From: a virus
Taxonomy: Duplodnaviria; Caudoviricetes
Reading direction: 5' to 3' (one strand)
Length of the DNA: 56,094 nt
Virus record (IMG/VR): IMGVR_UViG_3300027499_000663
Span: 1 to 56,094 of that record
The translations under genes were made by a program, and so were the position numbers. Positions 1 to 8,961 of the stretch are shown here, in pieces. Position 1 is the first letter of the stretch. Each line of letters starts with the position of its first letter. Under the pieces are notes generated by a model. That model saw nothing but the letters and a program-made list of their open reading frames with translations. It did not search any database and had not been told where the DNA came from.

Positions 1-1032
1 TCACTTAGTAGGAGTGACTTTCTTGCCCATGCGATTGCGGATGTACTGCTCAGTCATCACCACGGTCGTATGCCCAAGTTGATCTCTCGCCTGCATGATG
101 TCACCGCTGGACTCGGCTTTGTCCGTGCCTGCCTTGGCGCGTAAATCTCGCATCTGAAATTCGGATTTCTTCACCCCGGCCGCCTCCCTGGCCAAGTCAA
201 ACCTCCTGCGCAACATCGCCACCGTCATCGGTGTGCCGTCCTCTGTAACGATCAGCCGCGTCGAGCGGACTTTGTGTTCTGACTTTCGGGACATGATTCG
301 ATCAATCAAAACCTTCAGCTCACCAGTTACCTCAATCCGGCGCTTCGCCTTTGTTTTTCCCTGCAGCACCCAAATTTGCCCGTCGCGCACGTCCCGCTCA
401 TCCATCAACCTGGTGTCGGTCACCCGCTGGCCGGTGAGATAGGCAAGGTCCATGGCATCCTGAAGGCCAACATCGGCCTTATCGTGCACACGCTTGAACA
501 GCGCATCCTCAACGTACGTGTCCCGCCCGGTTTCTTTGTTGCCCTTGATGCCCGCGCAGGGGTTGGCGAGCGACGTATAGCCTTTGTCCCGGGCGTAGTT
601 CCAGATGGCGCTGAGCAGCGCTTTTTCACGATTCGCCCGGACGGGTGCCGCTTTGCGCCAGGTGAGGTACTGGCGAACGTGCAACGGCTCGATCGTCTCC
701 AGTGGCGCGGGCGGATCATCGAAGAACGCGATCAGGTTTTTCACTTCGCGTTTGTTATCGAACTGCGTGGCCTTCCCCTTGGAAGGAACAATGTCGACCA
801 TATATTTTTCAGCGACATAGCGGAAAGTTATGACTTTGGCGACAAGATCGGTCGCTGTGCGGTCACGCTCCAGCTTCGCGTACTCCATGATCGCAAGCCC
901 GTAATCGCTCCCAAGCGGAATTTCTTTGCGGTCCTTTCCGCCAGTGTCGTAATAGTAGAAGACTCGGCCGCTGGCCTTCTTGCGCTCCCGCAGCCGGGCG
1001 ATGGAGCCCGGTTTACTTGGTCGTCGTCCCAT
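1..1032 (-). CDS. int: Tyrosine recombinase (phage integrase)
   Basis: LTGQR, RDLRAK, LGHTT and QYIR catalytic motifs; ATG at 1032 directly after the xis stop. Confidence 0.95.
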   Translation of the reverse strand: MGRRPSKPGSIARLRERKKASGRVFYYYDTGGKDRKEIPLGSDYGLAIMEYAKLERDRTATDLVAKVITFRYVAEKYMVDIVPSKGKATQFDNKREVKNLIAFFDDPPAPLETIEPLHVRQYLTWRKAAPVRANREKALLSAIWNYARDKGYTSLANPCAGIKGNKETGRDTYVEDALFKRVHDKADVGLQDAMDLAYLTGQRVTDTRLMDERDVRDGQIWVLQGKTKAKRRIEVTGELKVLIDRIMSRKSEHKVRSTRLIVTEDGTPMTVAMLRRRFDLAREAAGVKKSEFQMRDLRAKAGTDKAESSGDIMQARDQLGHTTVVMTEQYIRNRMGKKVTPTK

Positions 1033-1033
1033 G

Positions 1034-1240
1034 TCAGCTGGCCTTACGTGATTTCCATATGGGTTTTTCCGCTTCAAACGTTCCGACCGCGGTCACTGCC
1101 ATGGCGGTAACGCTTGGCCAGCCGTTCACTTTAATCGTGTGACGGACGCCATTCTTCTTCAGGTTGAGGATTTGTCCTGCTTTGGTTCGCGCGCCAGTGA
1201 GCTCGCAAACCTCCTCGTGGGATAGAAACTGGATGGTCAT
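1034..1240 (-). CDS. Excisionase-like protein (DUF4224)
   Basis: FLSHEEVCELTG...LKKNGVRH...GWP pattern; immediately upstream of int. Confidence 0.8.
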   Translation of the reverse strand: MTIQFLSHEEVCELTGARTKAGQILNLKKNGVRHTIKVNGWPSVTAMAVTAVGTFEAEKPIWKSRKAS

Positions 1241-1279
1241 GAGCTGCTCCATGCCGCGAGTGGCGGCAGAAGGTGGGGA

Positions 1280-2005
1280 TTAGATGGCCATCTCGGCCTG
1301 GGTTTCTCGTTGCCAGATCGGCGAACTGTTGTGCGATTCGATGCGGTCAGCGATGACGTTGGCGCGCTGGCCGGCAGTTGGCGGTGGGTACATCCCGAAT
1401 CGGTTGATGCTTCCGCCGTTGACCGCAGCGTTTGTTGAGTCAGCCGAGGCGAATGGCAGGTGCTGGAAGATGGCAGGATCCAGCATGCGCAGACCGTGAA
1501 GTCGGCATGTGGGCCGCCCCTGGTCGTCGCAGATGACGTCCATCGCTGAACCGATCCGCTTCCACCATGGCGACGTGCCTGGGCTCGCCCATTGGCCGGA
1601 GCTGCCAATTGCCACTGTTGGCCAGTCAGCAGCAAGGCGCGCAAGCCGCTCGAGCGATTCATGCAGATGCCACACCGGCACGCCGCGCAACTCCGCCGGC
1701 CATGCCGCCAACAATGCATCGTTCGCCTCTTCGTCCCCATCAATGACATCGGGAATCAGCGCCCAATCGAAACCCGGGTGCCGATGCCATTGCTCAACCC
1801 ATCGGGTATATCCGTCGACGTCCAGCGTGCCGCCTTTCTTCCACACCGAAAACGCGCCGTTGTCGAAAACGAATGACTGACAGACATCGGCGACAATGCC
1901 CATATCGTCTTGGCGTGGGAACGGTACAAGCGCATGCCGGCCGGCAAGGAACCGGGCGCCGTCTTGCCGCGTGCCGCCGATGGGCGTGCCGTGATAAGCG
2001 ATCAT
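1280..2005 (-). CDS. TGT/DpdA-like transglycosylase-fold protein
   Basis: Ordered TGT-barrel motifs FDNGAFS, IPDVI, VPVWH, VAIGSS, LHGLRM, SADST. Confidence 0.7.
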   Translation of the reverse strand: MIAYHGTPIGGTRQDGARFLAGRHALVPFPRQDDMGIVADVCQSFVFDNGAFSVWKKGGTLDVDGYTRWVEQWHRHPGFDWALIPDVIDGDEEANDALLAAWPAELRGVPVWHLHESLERLARLAADWPTVAIGSSGQWASPGTSPWWKRIGSAMDVICDDQGRPTCRLHGLRMLDPAIFQHLPFASADSTNAAVNGGSINRFGMYPPPTAGQRANVIADRIESHNSSPIWQRETQAEMAI

Positions 2006-2247
2006 CCGCAGAGCCTCACTGTTTCGATTTCGACGCCCTGGTGGGTGGCTATGATTGTTTGATCACCGCCCAGCGCTTCAGACAGGCGATCAGCTATCTG
2101 TTCGTGCCAACCTTTCTTGATGATCGCGGTGGCTGCTTTTATGTGTTCGACGTGGATCATCGTCGGCGACCGAACTTCCAACTGGTAAATGATGAGTTCG
2201 CCGTCGGCCGGGCAGACGGCTGCAAAGGTGTGTCGGTAGATATTCAC
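2002..2247 (-). CDS. Small QueF-like T-fold protein
   Basis: FAAVCPADG and GWHEQI match the QueF catalytic Cys and substrate-anchoring Glu motifs; GTG start with GAGG SD; stop overlaps the next ATG. Confidence 0.6.
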   Translation of the reverse strand: MNIYRHTFAAVCPADGELIIYQLEVRSPTMIHVEHIKAATAIIKKGWHEQIADRLSEALGGDQTIIATHQGVEIETVRLCG

Positions 2248-2297
2248 GCGCAGTCCTCGCCCGCCGTTCACCGGCAGGCTGGTAGGTGGAAGAGGGG

Positions 2298-2576
2298 TCA
2301 GGCTGTTGCTTTGGCCAGGGCTTCGCGCCGGGCTTTCATGATCTTCGCCACATCGCCTGGGTATTCGATTTCAACCGCGCCAAAATCGACTGCCTTTTCA
2401 CGTTTGCTGGTGCAGATGTCGAAGTGGCTTTTGATCGTGCCAGGGTATTGATGCCAGCGCCGCTGTACGCCGATCTTGTCAGCCATGGCCAGCAGCTCTT
2501 CGTCGGAGTCGGCGAGCATGTGAAACATCTTCATTCGCCCATAGCTGGCGTTCATGTTGTCGACGTAGACGGTCAT
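2298..2576 (-). CDS. DUF4031 family protein
   Basis: MTVYVD...HMLAD..EEL..MA.KIG....WHQ...HFD...KR..AV..GAVEI pattern. Confidence 0.85.
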   Translation of the reverse strand: MTVYVDNMNASYGRMKMFHMLADSDEELLAMADKIGVQRRWHQYPGTIKSHFDICTSKREKAVDFGAVEIEYPGDVAKIMKARREALAKATA

Positions 2577-2629
2577 CGCCGCGGCCCCTTGTAGCAGTAC
2601 ACGTAGGCGAACCAGGCGAGGGCGATCAT
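2573..2629 (-). CDS. 18-aa micro-ORF MIALAWFAYVYCYKGPRR
   Basis: ATGA overlaps with both neighbouring genes. Confidence 0.4.
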   Translation of the reverse strand: MIALAWFAYVYCYKGPRR

Positions 2630-2922
2630 GGCGCCACCTTCAGGCCTGCGGCCTCGATGGCTTTTGCGCAGGCATGGCGCATGCCCTGGGCGGCGTAGTA
2701 AGCGTCCATGTAGCTGTCATCGATCGCGTCGTCGGGTTCATCTGGCTCGGTGGGTGTTGGTGGCAGATCAATCACCAGCGCGGCGCGGGACGCCGTCCAG
2801 CAACGTAGGTACAGGTCCCGGTTGCGTGCCGAGCTTGCACTGCCGGCTCCGATCATTTCCCGTTCGAGCGGGAACATGCCGAAATACCAAGCGTCGAATT
2901 CATCGCGAATCTTGTCGCTCAT
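2626..2922 (-). CDS. Hypothetical phage protein
   Basis: ORF in the coupled early operon. Confidence 0.7.
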   Translation of the reverse strand: MSDKIRDEFDAWYFGMFPLEREMIGAGSASSARNRDLYLRCWTASRAALVIDLPPTPTEPDEPDDAIDDSYMDAYYAAQGMRHACAKAIEAAGLKVAP

Positions 2923-2990
2923 GAGGTCACCCATAGGGTCAATGGAAGCCAGAAGAAGAGGGCGCAGCCGGCTATTGAGGTCAGGAGCAT
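2919..2990 (-). CDS. 23-aa hydrophobic micro-ORF MLLTSIAGCALFFWLPLTLWVTS
   Basis: TGATG and ATGA overlaps with flanking genes. Confidence 0.4.
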   Translation of the reverse strand: MLLTSIAGCALFFWLPLTLWVTS

Positions 2991-3436
2991 CAGTAATCCC
3001 CCCAGCCCAGGCCCTGAATGTATTCGCTCGGAATTGTCACGGCCCCGGTCGGGATCGTGCTTTCAACTTCGAGGTTACCGAAGTAGCCGATGGCCGCTAG
3101 TGCCCGCTCCATCGACAATTGCGCATGCCGAAGCTGCCAAGACTTACGCGCCTTGTAAGAGCGGAGCGCCAAGGCTTTGTCGGTGTAGGCGAAGCGACGG
3201 CCCCAGGTGCCGCCTTCCTTCAGGACGCGTTTTCGGTGCTTCTTCACTGCGTCTGCGGTCCAGCTGTATTGCGGTCCGTTGACCAGATCGCAGGTGTGCT
3301 TGTCGCCGATGTAGTAGCACTGCGCTGTTTCACCGATCACCTGGTAGGTGATGCAGTGCACCTCAAGACCTTCTGGCCCGATAGTGTCGATATAGCGGTA
3401 GTGCTCTGGCGAAGCCGGTTTCTTTTCTTCAGGCAT
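2990..3436 (-). CDS. Hypothetical phage protein
   Basis: ORF from MPEEKK, phage-like codon usage. Confidence 0.7.
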   Translation of the reverse strand: MPEEKKPASPEHYRYIDTIGPEGLEVHCITYQVIGETAQCYYIGDKHTCDLVNGPQYSWTADAVKKHRKRVLKEGGTWGRRFAYTDKALALRSYKARKSWQLRHAQLSMERALAAIGYFGNLEVESTIPTGAVTIPSEYIQGLGWGDY

Positions 3437-3623
3437 GACTTCATCCTTGCCGCTATAGCGGCTGACTTTGAGGGGTAGGGAGTTACTGCGGGTTGGAGGA
3501 CGGATGCACTCTAGAAAATGAATCTGGCACTCGATGCTTTTCGGCATCTTGGATGCGTTAATCTCGATGCCCGTGAACCTGTCAATTTTTGTTGCAGTTG
3601 AGTGTCGCTCAAGGGAAAAGCAA

Positions 3624-4406
3624 ATGCGTAATGGTTTATGCGGTTTGTGCGGACAGGCAGGGATCTTAAAGAAAAGTCACCTGCTACCTAAATCAGCGTA
3701 CAAGCAAGTTAGAGATCTGCCCTCAGAAGGTGGAAAATCACCTATGAGGATAGACATGCAGTCGGGAAAATTTGGTAGAACTGATAAGCAGGTGGATGCT
3801 CATCTCCTATGTTCAAAATGCGAGCATCTTTTTTCCAAACATGGAGAAGCGATCGTTGCCAAGCAATGGGGTACCCATCATGAATTTCCTCTGCTTGAAC
3901 GTCTAATGATTATTCGTCCCGCAGAAATTAGCGTTCGCAGACGACTGTTTGTTCCCAACCAGCTTCCCGACGAGTTGAGTTTAGCCCTCTACTACTTCGC
4001 AGTCAGCGTATTCTGGCGCGCCTTAGAATGGCCGGTCCCGGCGCCGGGCTTAAAAAGCTGTAAGGGGGCTTGCACTGGGGCGCAGCTAGAAAAGCTGAGG
4101 AGGTTTCTCTTGAATCCGCAGGGGTACATAGAGGGTTTATTGCTAGTGGCGGACGTTAACACTCAGCCAGAAATGAACGGGATTATGTCGCTACCAGCGC
4201 TAATGAGTCTGCCAAACATTAACAGTATGCAGTTTGACCTTTTGGGTATTAGATTCATGATGTTTGTTGGTGAGAGCCTCCCTGAAGAGCTAGAATTCTT
4301 ACAGGGGAGGCTAAACCGCAACTTCATTATTGTGATGTCTGATCACTCCGGAAGTAATTCGGCGAAGCAAGTCGCTAAATTTTTGCACGACAATGATATT
4401 GATTGA
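3624..4406 (+). CDS. Moron: zinc-binding HNH-like protein
   Basis: CGLC, SHLLPK and LLCSKCE motifs; AT-richer than flanks; antisense to the operon. Confidence 0.65.
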   Translation: MRNGLCGLCGQAGILKKSHLLPKSAYKQVRDLPSEGGKSPMRIDMQSGKFGRTDKQVDAHLLCSKCEHLFSKHGEAIVAKQWGTHHEFPLLERLMIIRPAEISVRRRLFVPNQLPDELSLALYYFAVSVFWRALEWPVPAPGLKSCKGACTGAQLEKLRRFLLNPQGYIEGLLLVADVNTQPEMNGIMSLPALMSLPNINSMQFDLLGIRFMMFVGESLPEELEFLQGRLNRNFIIVMSDHSGSNSAKQVAKFLHDNDID

Positions 4407-4457
4407 AGTTCAGTGATTCCGTTGCCGACCAGTCTAGTGTAAACATTGTGGCGGTCC

Positions 4458-6614
4458 TCATGCGGCCACCGCTTCGCGCTGTCTTACCTTCCATGGATCA
4501 TTCGCCCTGGCCAGTGCTGCCATCGGTGGCGGGCTGACGCTGTTGCCGCACATGTGGACCTGCTGGGTCTTGGTGAACGGCTTGCCGTCGGCGCCGTGGC
4601 TGATGATGTAGTCGGTGGGAAAACCCTGGGCTTTGTACAACTCGGCCGGTTGCAGCATCCGCAGGCAGATGTCGACGATAACGTAGGGCGTGCCCTTGAT
4701 GGTGACGGTTACCAGGCCCAAGCGATCCTTGGTGGTGATCGTGGGGGCTGGCTCGTCGGCGCCGCTCACGTTCTCGGTGCCGTAATAGCTGATCAGGAAT
4801 GCCGCGACCCTCAGTGCGCCTTCCTCATGCTCCGGAGAAAGCGTGTACTCAAGCAGCGCGTGGTGCTCGGCACTGGCCGTCAGCGTCGGCACCGTCTCGT
4901 CCATGCCTCGGCCGATGCAGTTCTTCCGGAGCGTGGTCAGGTGCGCCGAGCAAATAGCGTGGTGCTGCCCGGTAGTGACCGTTGGTACCGGGTTTCTGAG
5001 GTCTGTGGCCGCGTGGCCGGTTGTGTTGCTGATCAGCGTCGCCGTCACCAGCTGCTGCTGGCTGCCGGTGTTGGTCACCGTGGTCATCGGGTCTTCGATG
5101 CTCTTCGCGTCGGTAGTGTTGAACCCTCCATTCATCTGGGCCATGAAAACCGTCGAGATACCCATGGCGTGGGCGGCGCCGGCCGGGCGCTGGTAGGTGC
5201 CACCGCTGGTGATGGTCGGCAGCGGCTCGTCGATCGCCTTGCCTTCGTCCGAAAACCGAAACTTGACCAGGTGCGCCGAAGCTATCGCGCGGTGGTTCTG
5301 GGTCATCAGCGTTCCCGCGGGTTGATCCACGGATGCTGGCTTGCCAGAGTACTCGGGCCCACCGGTGCCGACCAAGACAGCACTTGTGAGCGCATGCTTC
5401 ACACCGCCTGCTACCACTGTGCCAAGCGGCTGGTCCAGGCCAGGCACGCGCGGCTCTTGCCCGGCGCGCTCGCCGTATCCGGTTTGAATCAGGGTCGGGC
5501 TGATCAGCGTCAGTTCACCCCGGTTGGCGCACGTAACAGTCGGCAGTGGTTCGTGCGGGTCGTTAATGCGATCGCTGCCCTGGTGCGTGGCTGGCGCGAT
5601 GATCGGGCTGGCCACGGCAAACGAACCACCGCGCGGCCAAGACGTTACGGTGCGCAGTGGTTCCTGCGCAGACTGGACGCTTTCACCGGACCAGTTCGCG
5701 ATCGGCACAATAAACGGATCGGCCGCATCGATGACGAATTTCTTCATGCCCTTGGCAATTCGGCGAAGCGTGGCTGGTGCCAGCGGCTTCGGCCTGTCGA
5801 AAATGCTTTTGCTCGGGATCGTCCAGTCGATGCATTCGGCGGCGGTGCGCCACTTCTTCTGTCCTTTGGCCGGGTGCTTGGCGTGGGTCGGCGCAGGCCA
5901 AACGATAGGCTGGCCGTCGCAGCGGGCGATCATGAACAGTCGCTCACGGCTGGTCGGCGCGCCGAAGTCGCATGCCTTGATGACCCGCCACTCAACGACA
6001 TAGCCCAGGCGCTGCAGCTCGGCGACGAACACGGCCCAGGTCTGCCCACGGCGTTTCGGGTCAGGCACCAGGAACTGCTGGTGAACCGATACCACTTCGC
6101 CAGGTTCAGCAACACCGCCGCCCAGCTTCACAACCCGGCCGGTTGCCTTGTCGCGCTTGGCAATCAGCGGCCCCCATTGGAGGATCTGCTTCACGTTCTC
6201 CAGGCTGATGACACGGGGCTTCTTCTTGCCTGCCCACTTTAGGCCGATCCACGACAGGTTCCGGATCTCCCGCTTGCGCGGTTGGCCCCCGGCGGCCTGG
6301 CTGTGATGCGTGCAGTCCGGCGACATGTGGAACCAACCAACGGCTTTGCCGCCGCACTCGGTATCCGGATCCCCATCGAACACGTCGGTGGTGTAGTGCA
6401 CCGCGCCAGGGTGATTGACGGTGTGCATGCTGATCGCCTGAGGGCTGTGGTTCTTCGCGACATTCACCGCGCGGCCCAGGCCCATCTCAAGCCCGGTACC
6501 GGCGCCACCACCACCGCAGAAGAAGTCGACAACGATTTCATCGTCCTGAGTGCTGAAGCCGAGTCCGTATTGAGTTTTGAAATCGAAGGGGTGTTTCTTC
6601 TGTTGTGCGGACAT
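4458..6614 (-). CDS. DNA (cytosine-5) methyltransferase with a long repeat-rich variable region
   Basis: DFFCGGGG (motif I), SPDC (IV), ENV (VI), RER (VIII), CGNSV (X). Confidence 0.92.
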   Translation of the reverse strand: MSAQQKKHPFDFKTQYGLGFSTQDDEIVVDFFCGGGGAGTGLEMGLGRAVNVAKNHSPQAISMHTVNHPGAVHYTTDVFDGDPDTECGGKAVGWFHMSPDCTHHSQAAGGQPRKREIRNLSWIGLKWAGKKKPRVISLENVKQILQWGPLIAKRDKATGRVVKLGGGVAEPGEVVSVHQQFLVPDPKRRGQTWAVFVAELQRLGYVVEWRVIKACDFGAPTSRERLFMIARCDGQPIVWPAPTHAKHPAKGQKKWRTAAECIDWTIPSKSIFDRPKPLAPATLRRIAKGMKKFVIDAADPFIVPIANWSGESVQSAQEPLRTVTSWPRGGSFAVASPIIAPATHQGSDRINDPHEPLPTVTCANRGELTLISPTLIQTGYGERAGQEPRVPGLDQPLGTVVAGGVKHALTSAVLVGTGGPEYSGKPASVDQPAGTLMTQNHRAIASAHLVKFRFSDEGKAIDEPLPTITSGGTYQRPAGAAHAMGISTVFMAQMNGGFNTTDAKSIEDPMTTVTNTGSQQQLVTATLISNTTGHAATDLRNPVPTVTTGQHHAICSAHLTTLRKNCIGRGMDETVPTLTASAEHHALLEYTLSPEHEEGALRVAAFLISYYGTENVSGADEPAPTITTKDRLGLVTVTIKGTPYVIVDICLRMLQPAELYKAQGFPTDYIISHGADGKPFTKTQQVHMCGNSVSPPPMAALARANDPWKVRQREAVAA

Positions 6615-6688
6615 AGGGGATCCTCGCCGGCTGGCGTGATTCGTAGAAGTGGGGTATTTGTGTTCGGCGAATTTTGACGAGTAGTACG

Positions 6689-6898
6689 ATGAATCTACGT
6701 AAAGTACAGAGAGGCCGCGTGACGGTCGTTGTTTCAGACACTGTCGCCGGTTCGGTGCTGAAGTCGGGCTGGGAAATTGAGTCGATCAGCATCTCCGCGG
6801 CAACACCAACCTCGGACGAAGTCGGTACTTATGCTTCGGAGCAAGAGGCAGTCGAGGCTGCATTTGTAAAGGCCAAGGAGCTCGGCCTGATGCCCTGA
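6689..6898 (+). CDS. Small hypothetical moron protein
   Basis: ORF antisense to the early operon. Confidence 0.55.
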   Translation: MNLRKVQRGRVTVVVSDTVAGSVLKSGWEIESISISAATPTSDEVGTYASEQEAVEAAFVKAKELGLMP

Positions 6899-6975
6899 GA
6901 CGCCGGTGGTAGCAATTGAGTTCGGGTTGGGTTCTTCGTGTTCGGCCCGGCATGGAGCCGGAACCAGGAGGAAAG

Positions 6976-7290
6976 ATGTCTGTTTGGAGCGAGTTGTTTT
7001 CCGGTGTGGCTGGCGCGCTGTTGGTTCTGGTGGTGCAGAAGACGGGGTCGACGTGGTCAAACCGTCGCGATTCGGACGCTATCTATCGATGGATGGAGAG
7101 CGAGTCCAGATTAGCTGGATCTCCGGACTTCAGGTCAACCCGTGCAATAGCGAGTCATACCAATCTCACGGAAGAGCGCGTTCGTCTTCTGTGCAGCATT
7201 CACCCTTTGATTTTCCTTTCGACGGGGACCCAGCCAGATCTATGGACGATCAAGGAGCGCATGCGGAACCCTCAGCACCACATGTCCTGA
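6976..7290 (+). CDS. Hypothetical protein with N-terminal hydrophobic helix
   Basis: AGGAGG SD; LFSGVAGALLVLVV segment. Confidence 0.6.
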   Translation: MSVWSELFSGVAGALLVLVVQKTGSTWSNRRDSDAIYRWMESESRLAGSPDFRSTRAIASHTNLTEERVRLLCSIHPLIFLSTGTQPDLWTIKERMRNPQHHMS

Positions 7291-7605
7291 TCAATCATCG
7301 TGACCGATGCGCAGCGACTCGCGGTCAAAGGCAAGCTTCAATTTCCGCGACACGTTTTCTGGTATCACGTATTCGTGTCGCGGTGGCGGTTCGAGCAGGG
7401 GAAGGGCGCCTCCCGGACCAAGACCGTGCAGGTGGTGAATCATCAGCGTAATCGCCTCGCCAGATTCCTCGATGCCACTCCAGGCCATCAGCTCAGCAAG
7501 TGCTTGCCGCGTGCCGGGCAGGCAATGAAACCGAACCTCTACTTCGCCGCGGCTCTTCCTCTTCGCCGCGGCCTTCTCTGACCGTTCCGCATTGCTCTTG
7601 GCCAT
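7291..7605 (-). CDS. Hypothetical phage protein, possibly DNA-binding
   Basis: Basic N-terminus MAKSNAERSEKAAAKRK; GAGG SD. Confidence 0.7.
   Translation of the reverse strand: MAKSNAERSEKAAAKRKSRGEVEVRFHCLPGTRQALAELMAWSGIEESGEAITLMIHHLHGLGPGGALPLLEPPPRHEYVIPENVSRKLKLAFDRESLRIGHDD
7346..7382. repeat. Dispersed palindrome copy 1, CGCGACACG-N19-CGTGTCGCG
   Basis: Read directly; other copies at 17098 and 24171. Confidence 0.85.
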
Positions 7606-7686
7606 GGCCTGCCTCTTCAATTCCGTGGGCCGGTATATCCAGCCATGTCTGTCGTCGGCGCTGGCGCACCTGGTTGCTGATGCGTT

Positions 7687-8151
7687 TCATGCGGCGACCT
7701 TCACCTGATGCCAGGCGCCGGCGGCGTAGAACAGCTTTGCGGCCTGGGCCTCATCGAGCGTTACCACCGCAGGAACGGCGATCCAGCCTGACGCTACCAG
7801 GTGATTCGGGTTGCAGCTGTTGCGCAGCTCCAGGTAGTAATGCTCGATGGCATCCGTCAGGCGCTCGACCTTGTAGATGCCCTCGGGCGAGATCTCCACG
7901 GACTTGATGTACTCACCGCCGCGCTCGTCGCGACACATGCCGGCGATGTAGATCGTCCAGCGGTAGGAGAAGTCGAACAGAGCGTTGGCAATGGCGAGGC
8001 TGCGAATCTGCTTGCAGCTCTTCCAGTTCACCATGATCTGGGAGCCGCTGGGGTCGATGTTCACGACCGCGACGTGATTGGTGTTCAGCAGGGCGCGGCA
8101 GGCGCGCTCGGCCCGGGCGAATCCGTTGTTGGGCTTGCGTACCTTGCTCAT
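7687..8151 (-). CDS. Hypothetical phage protein
   Basis: ORF with overlapping start/stop coupling. Confidence 0.75.
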   Translation of the reverse strand: MSKVRKPNNGFARAERACRALLNTNHVAVVNIDPSGSQIMVNWKSCKQIRSLAIANALFDFSYRWTIYIAGMCRDERGGEYIKSVEISPEGIYKVERLTDAIEHYYLELRNSCNPNHLVASGWIAVPAVVTLDEAQAAKLFYAAGAWHQVKVAA

Positions 8152-8390
8152 AGCGAGTCCACCATCTTGCGAAGGGCCTGGCGTTCGGCCAAGTTCAAGC
8201 GCTTGGGTTTGCGCTTGAGGACCGTTTCGGGATCGATCTTCTGCGAGCGGGGCGGCGGCAGCGGATTGCGCGGCGGGCTTTTCAGTTGAGCGATCTGTCC
8301 GCCGGCGGCCAGGTACTGAGCGACCCTGTCGTTGATTGATTCCGCGCTTTGCCGCTGCTGCTCGATGAGGTTGAGGTGGTTGCTGATCAT
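8148..8390 (-). CDS. Hypothetical phage protein
   Basis: VAQYLAAGGQI motif typical of small phage proteins. Confidence 0.75.
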   Translation of the reverse strand: MISNHLNLIEQQRQSAESINDRVAQYLAAGGQIAQLKSPPRNPLPPPRSQKIDPETVLKRKPKRLNLAERQALRKMVDSL

Positions 8391-8397
8391 GGTGGCC

Positions 8398-8961
8398 TCA
8401 CTTGATCCGGATAGAGCTCTCGCCGCGCTCCAGGTGCGCCCAGATCGGCTCGGGAAGCAGTTCGTGTTCTGCGTCTTCGCCAGCGTTCATTCGCTTGCGT
8501 ACTGCATCGTTGTGATCACGGATTTCCTTCAGCCTTGCCGCAATCGACTTCTTGTCTGGAGCGAATACGGTCTTTGTTTCAATGAAGTCGTCCGGGATTT
8601 CGTCTTCCTTGTCGACAATCACCTTCTCCGGTGCGAGCGCCAGGGTAATGGTGAAGAGGGGGCGCTTGATCGACTTGATGTCGGCGGCCTCCATGTTGCG
8701 ACGCAGGTAGTCGCTAATCTGGCTGACACTGTTTTTCTTGACGCGCTTCAGCTCGTTAAGCCGGTCGACTTCTTTGTCGATGGCATCGATATCGCTTTCG
8801 ATGTTCCGACGCAGCATGACAATGTTGTCCGCCTTGATCTCGAATTCACCTTGGATCGCATCCATGGTGTCTTGCAGGGCCTCTTTCAGACCCTCGTCGT
8901 CGGTATCAGCCATGGCTTGCAGTTCGGCCATCTGGCCGGTGAGCTTGTAGAGTTGGGTCAT
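8398..8961 (-). CDS. Siphovirus Gp157 family protein
   Basis: MTQLYKLT start, coiled coil, IPDDF..PDKKSI..., SIRIK end. Confidence 0.85.
   Translation of the reverse strand: MTQLYKLTGQMAELQAMADTDDEGLKEALQDTMDAIQGEFEIKADNIVMLRRNIESDIDAIDKEVDRLNELKRVKKNSVSQISDYLRRNMEAADIKSIKRPLFTITLALAPEKVIVDKEDEIPDDFIETKTVFAPDKKSIAARLKEIRDHNDAVRKRMNAGEDAEHELLPEPIWAHLERGESSIRIK

Noticed and set aside
4446-6242. 598-aa plus-strand ORF
   Set aside because: Antisense shadow of the methyltransferase; no motifs
7493-7690. 65-aa ORF MKRISNQVRQRRRQ as an N-like antiterminator
   Set aside because: Arg-rich, but far from PL and overlapping the next gene over much of its length; insufficient support
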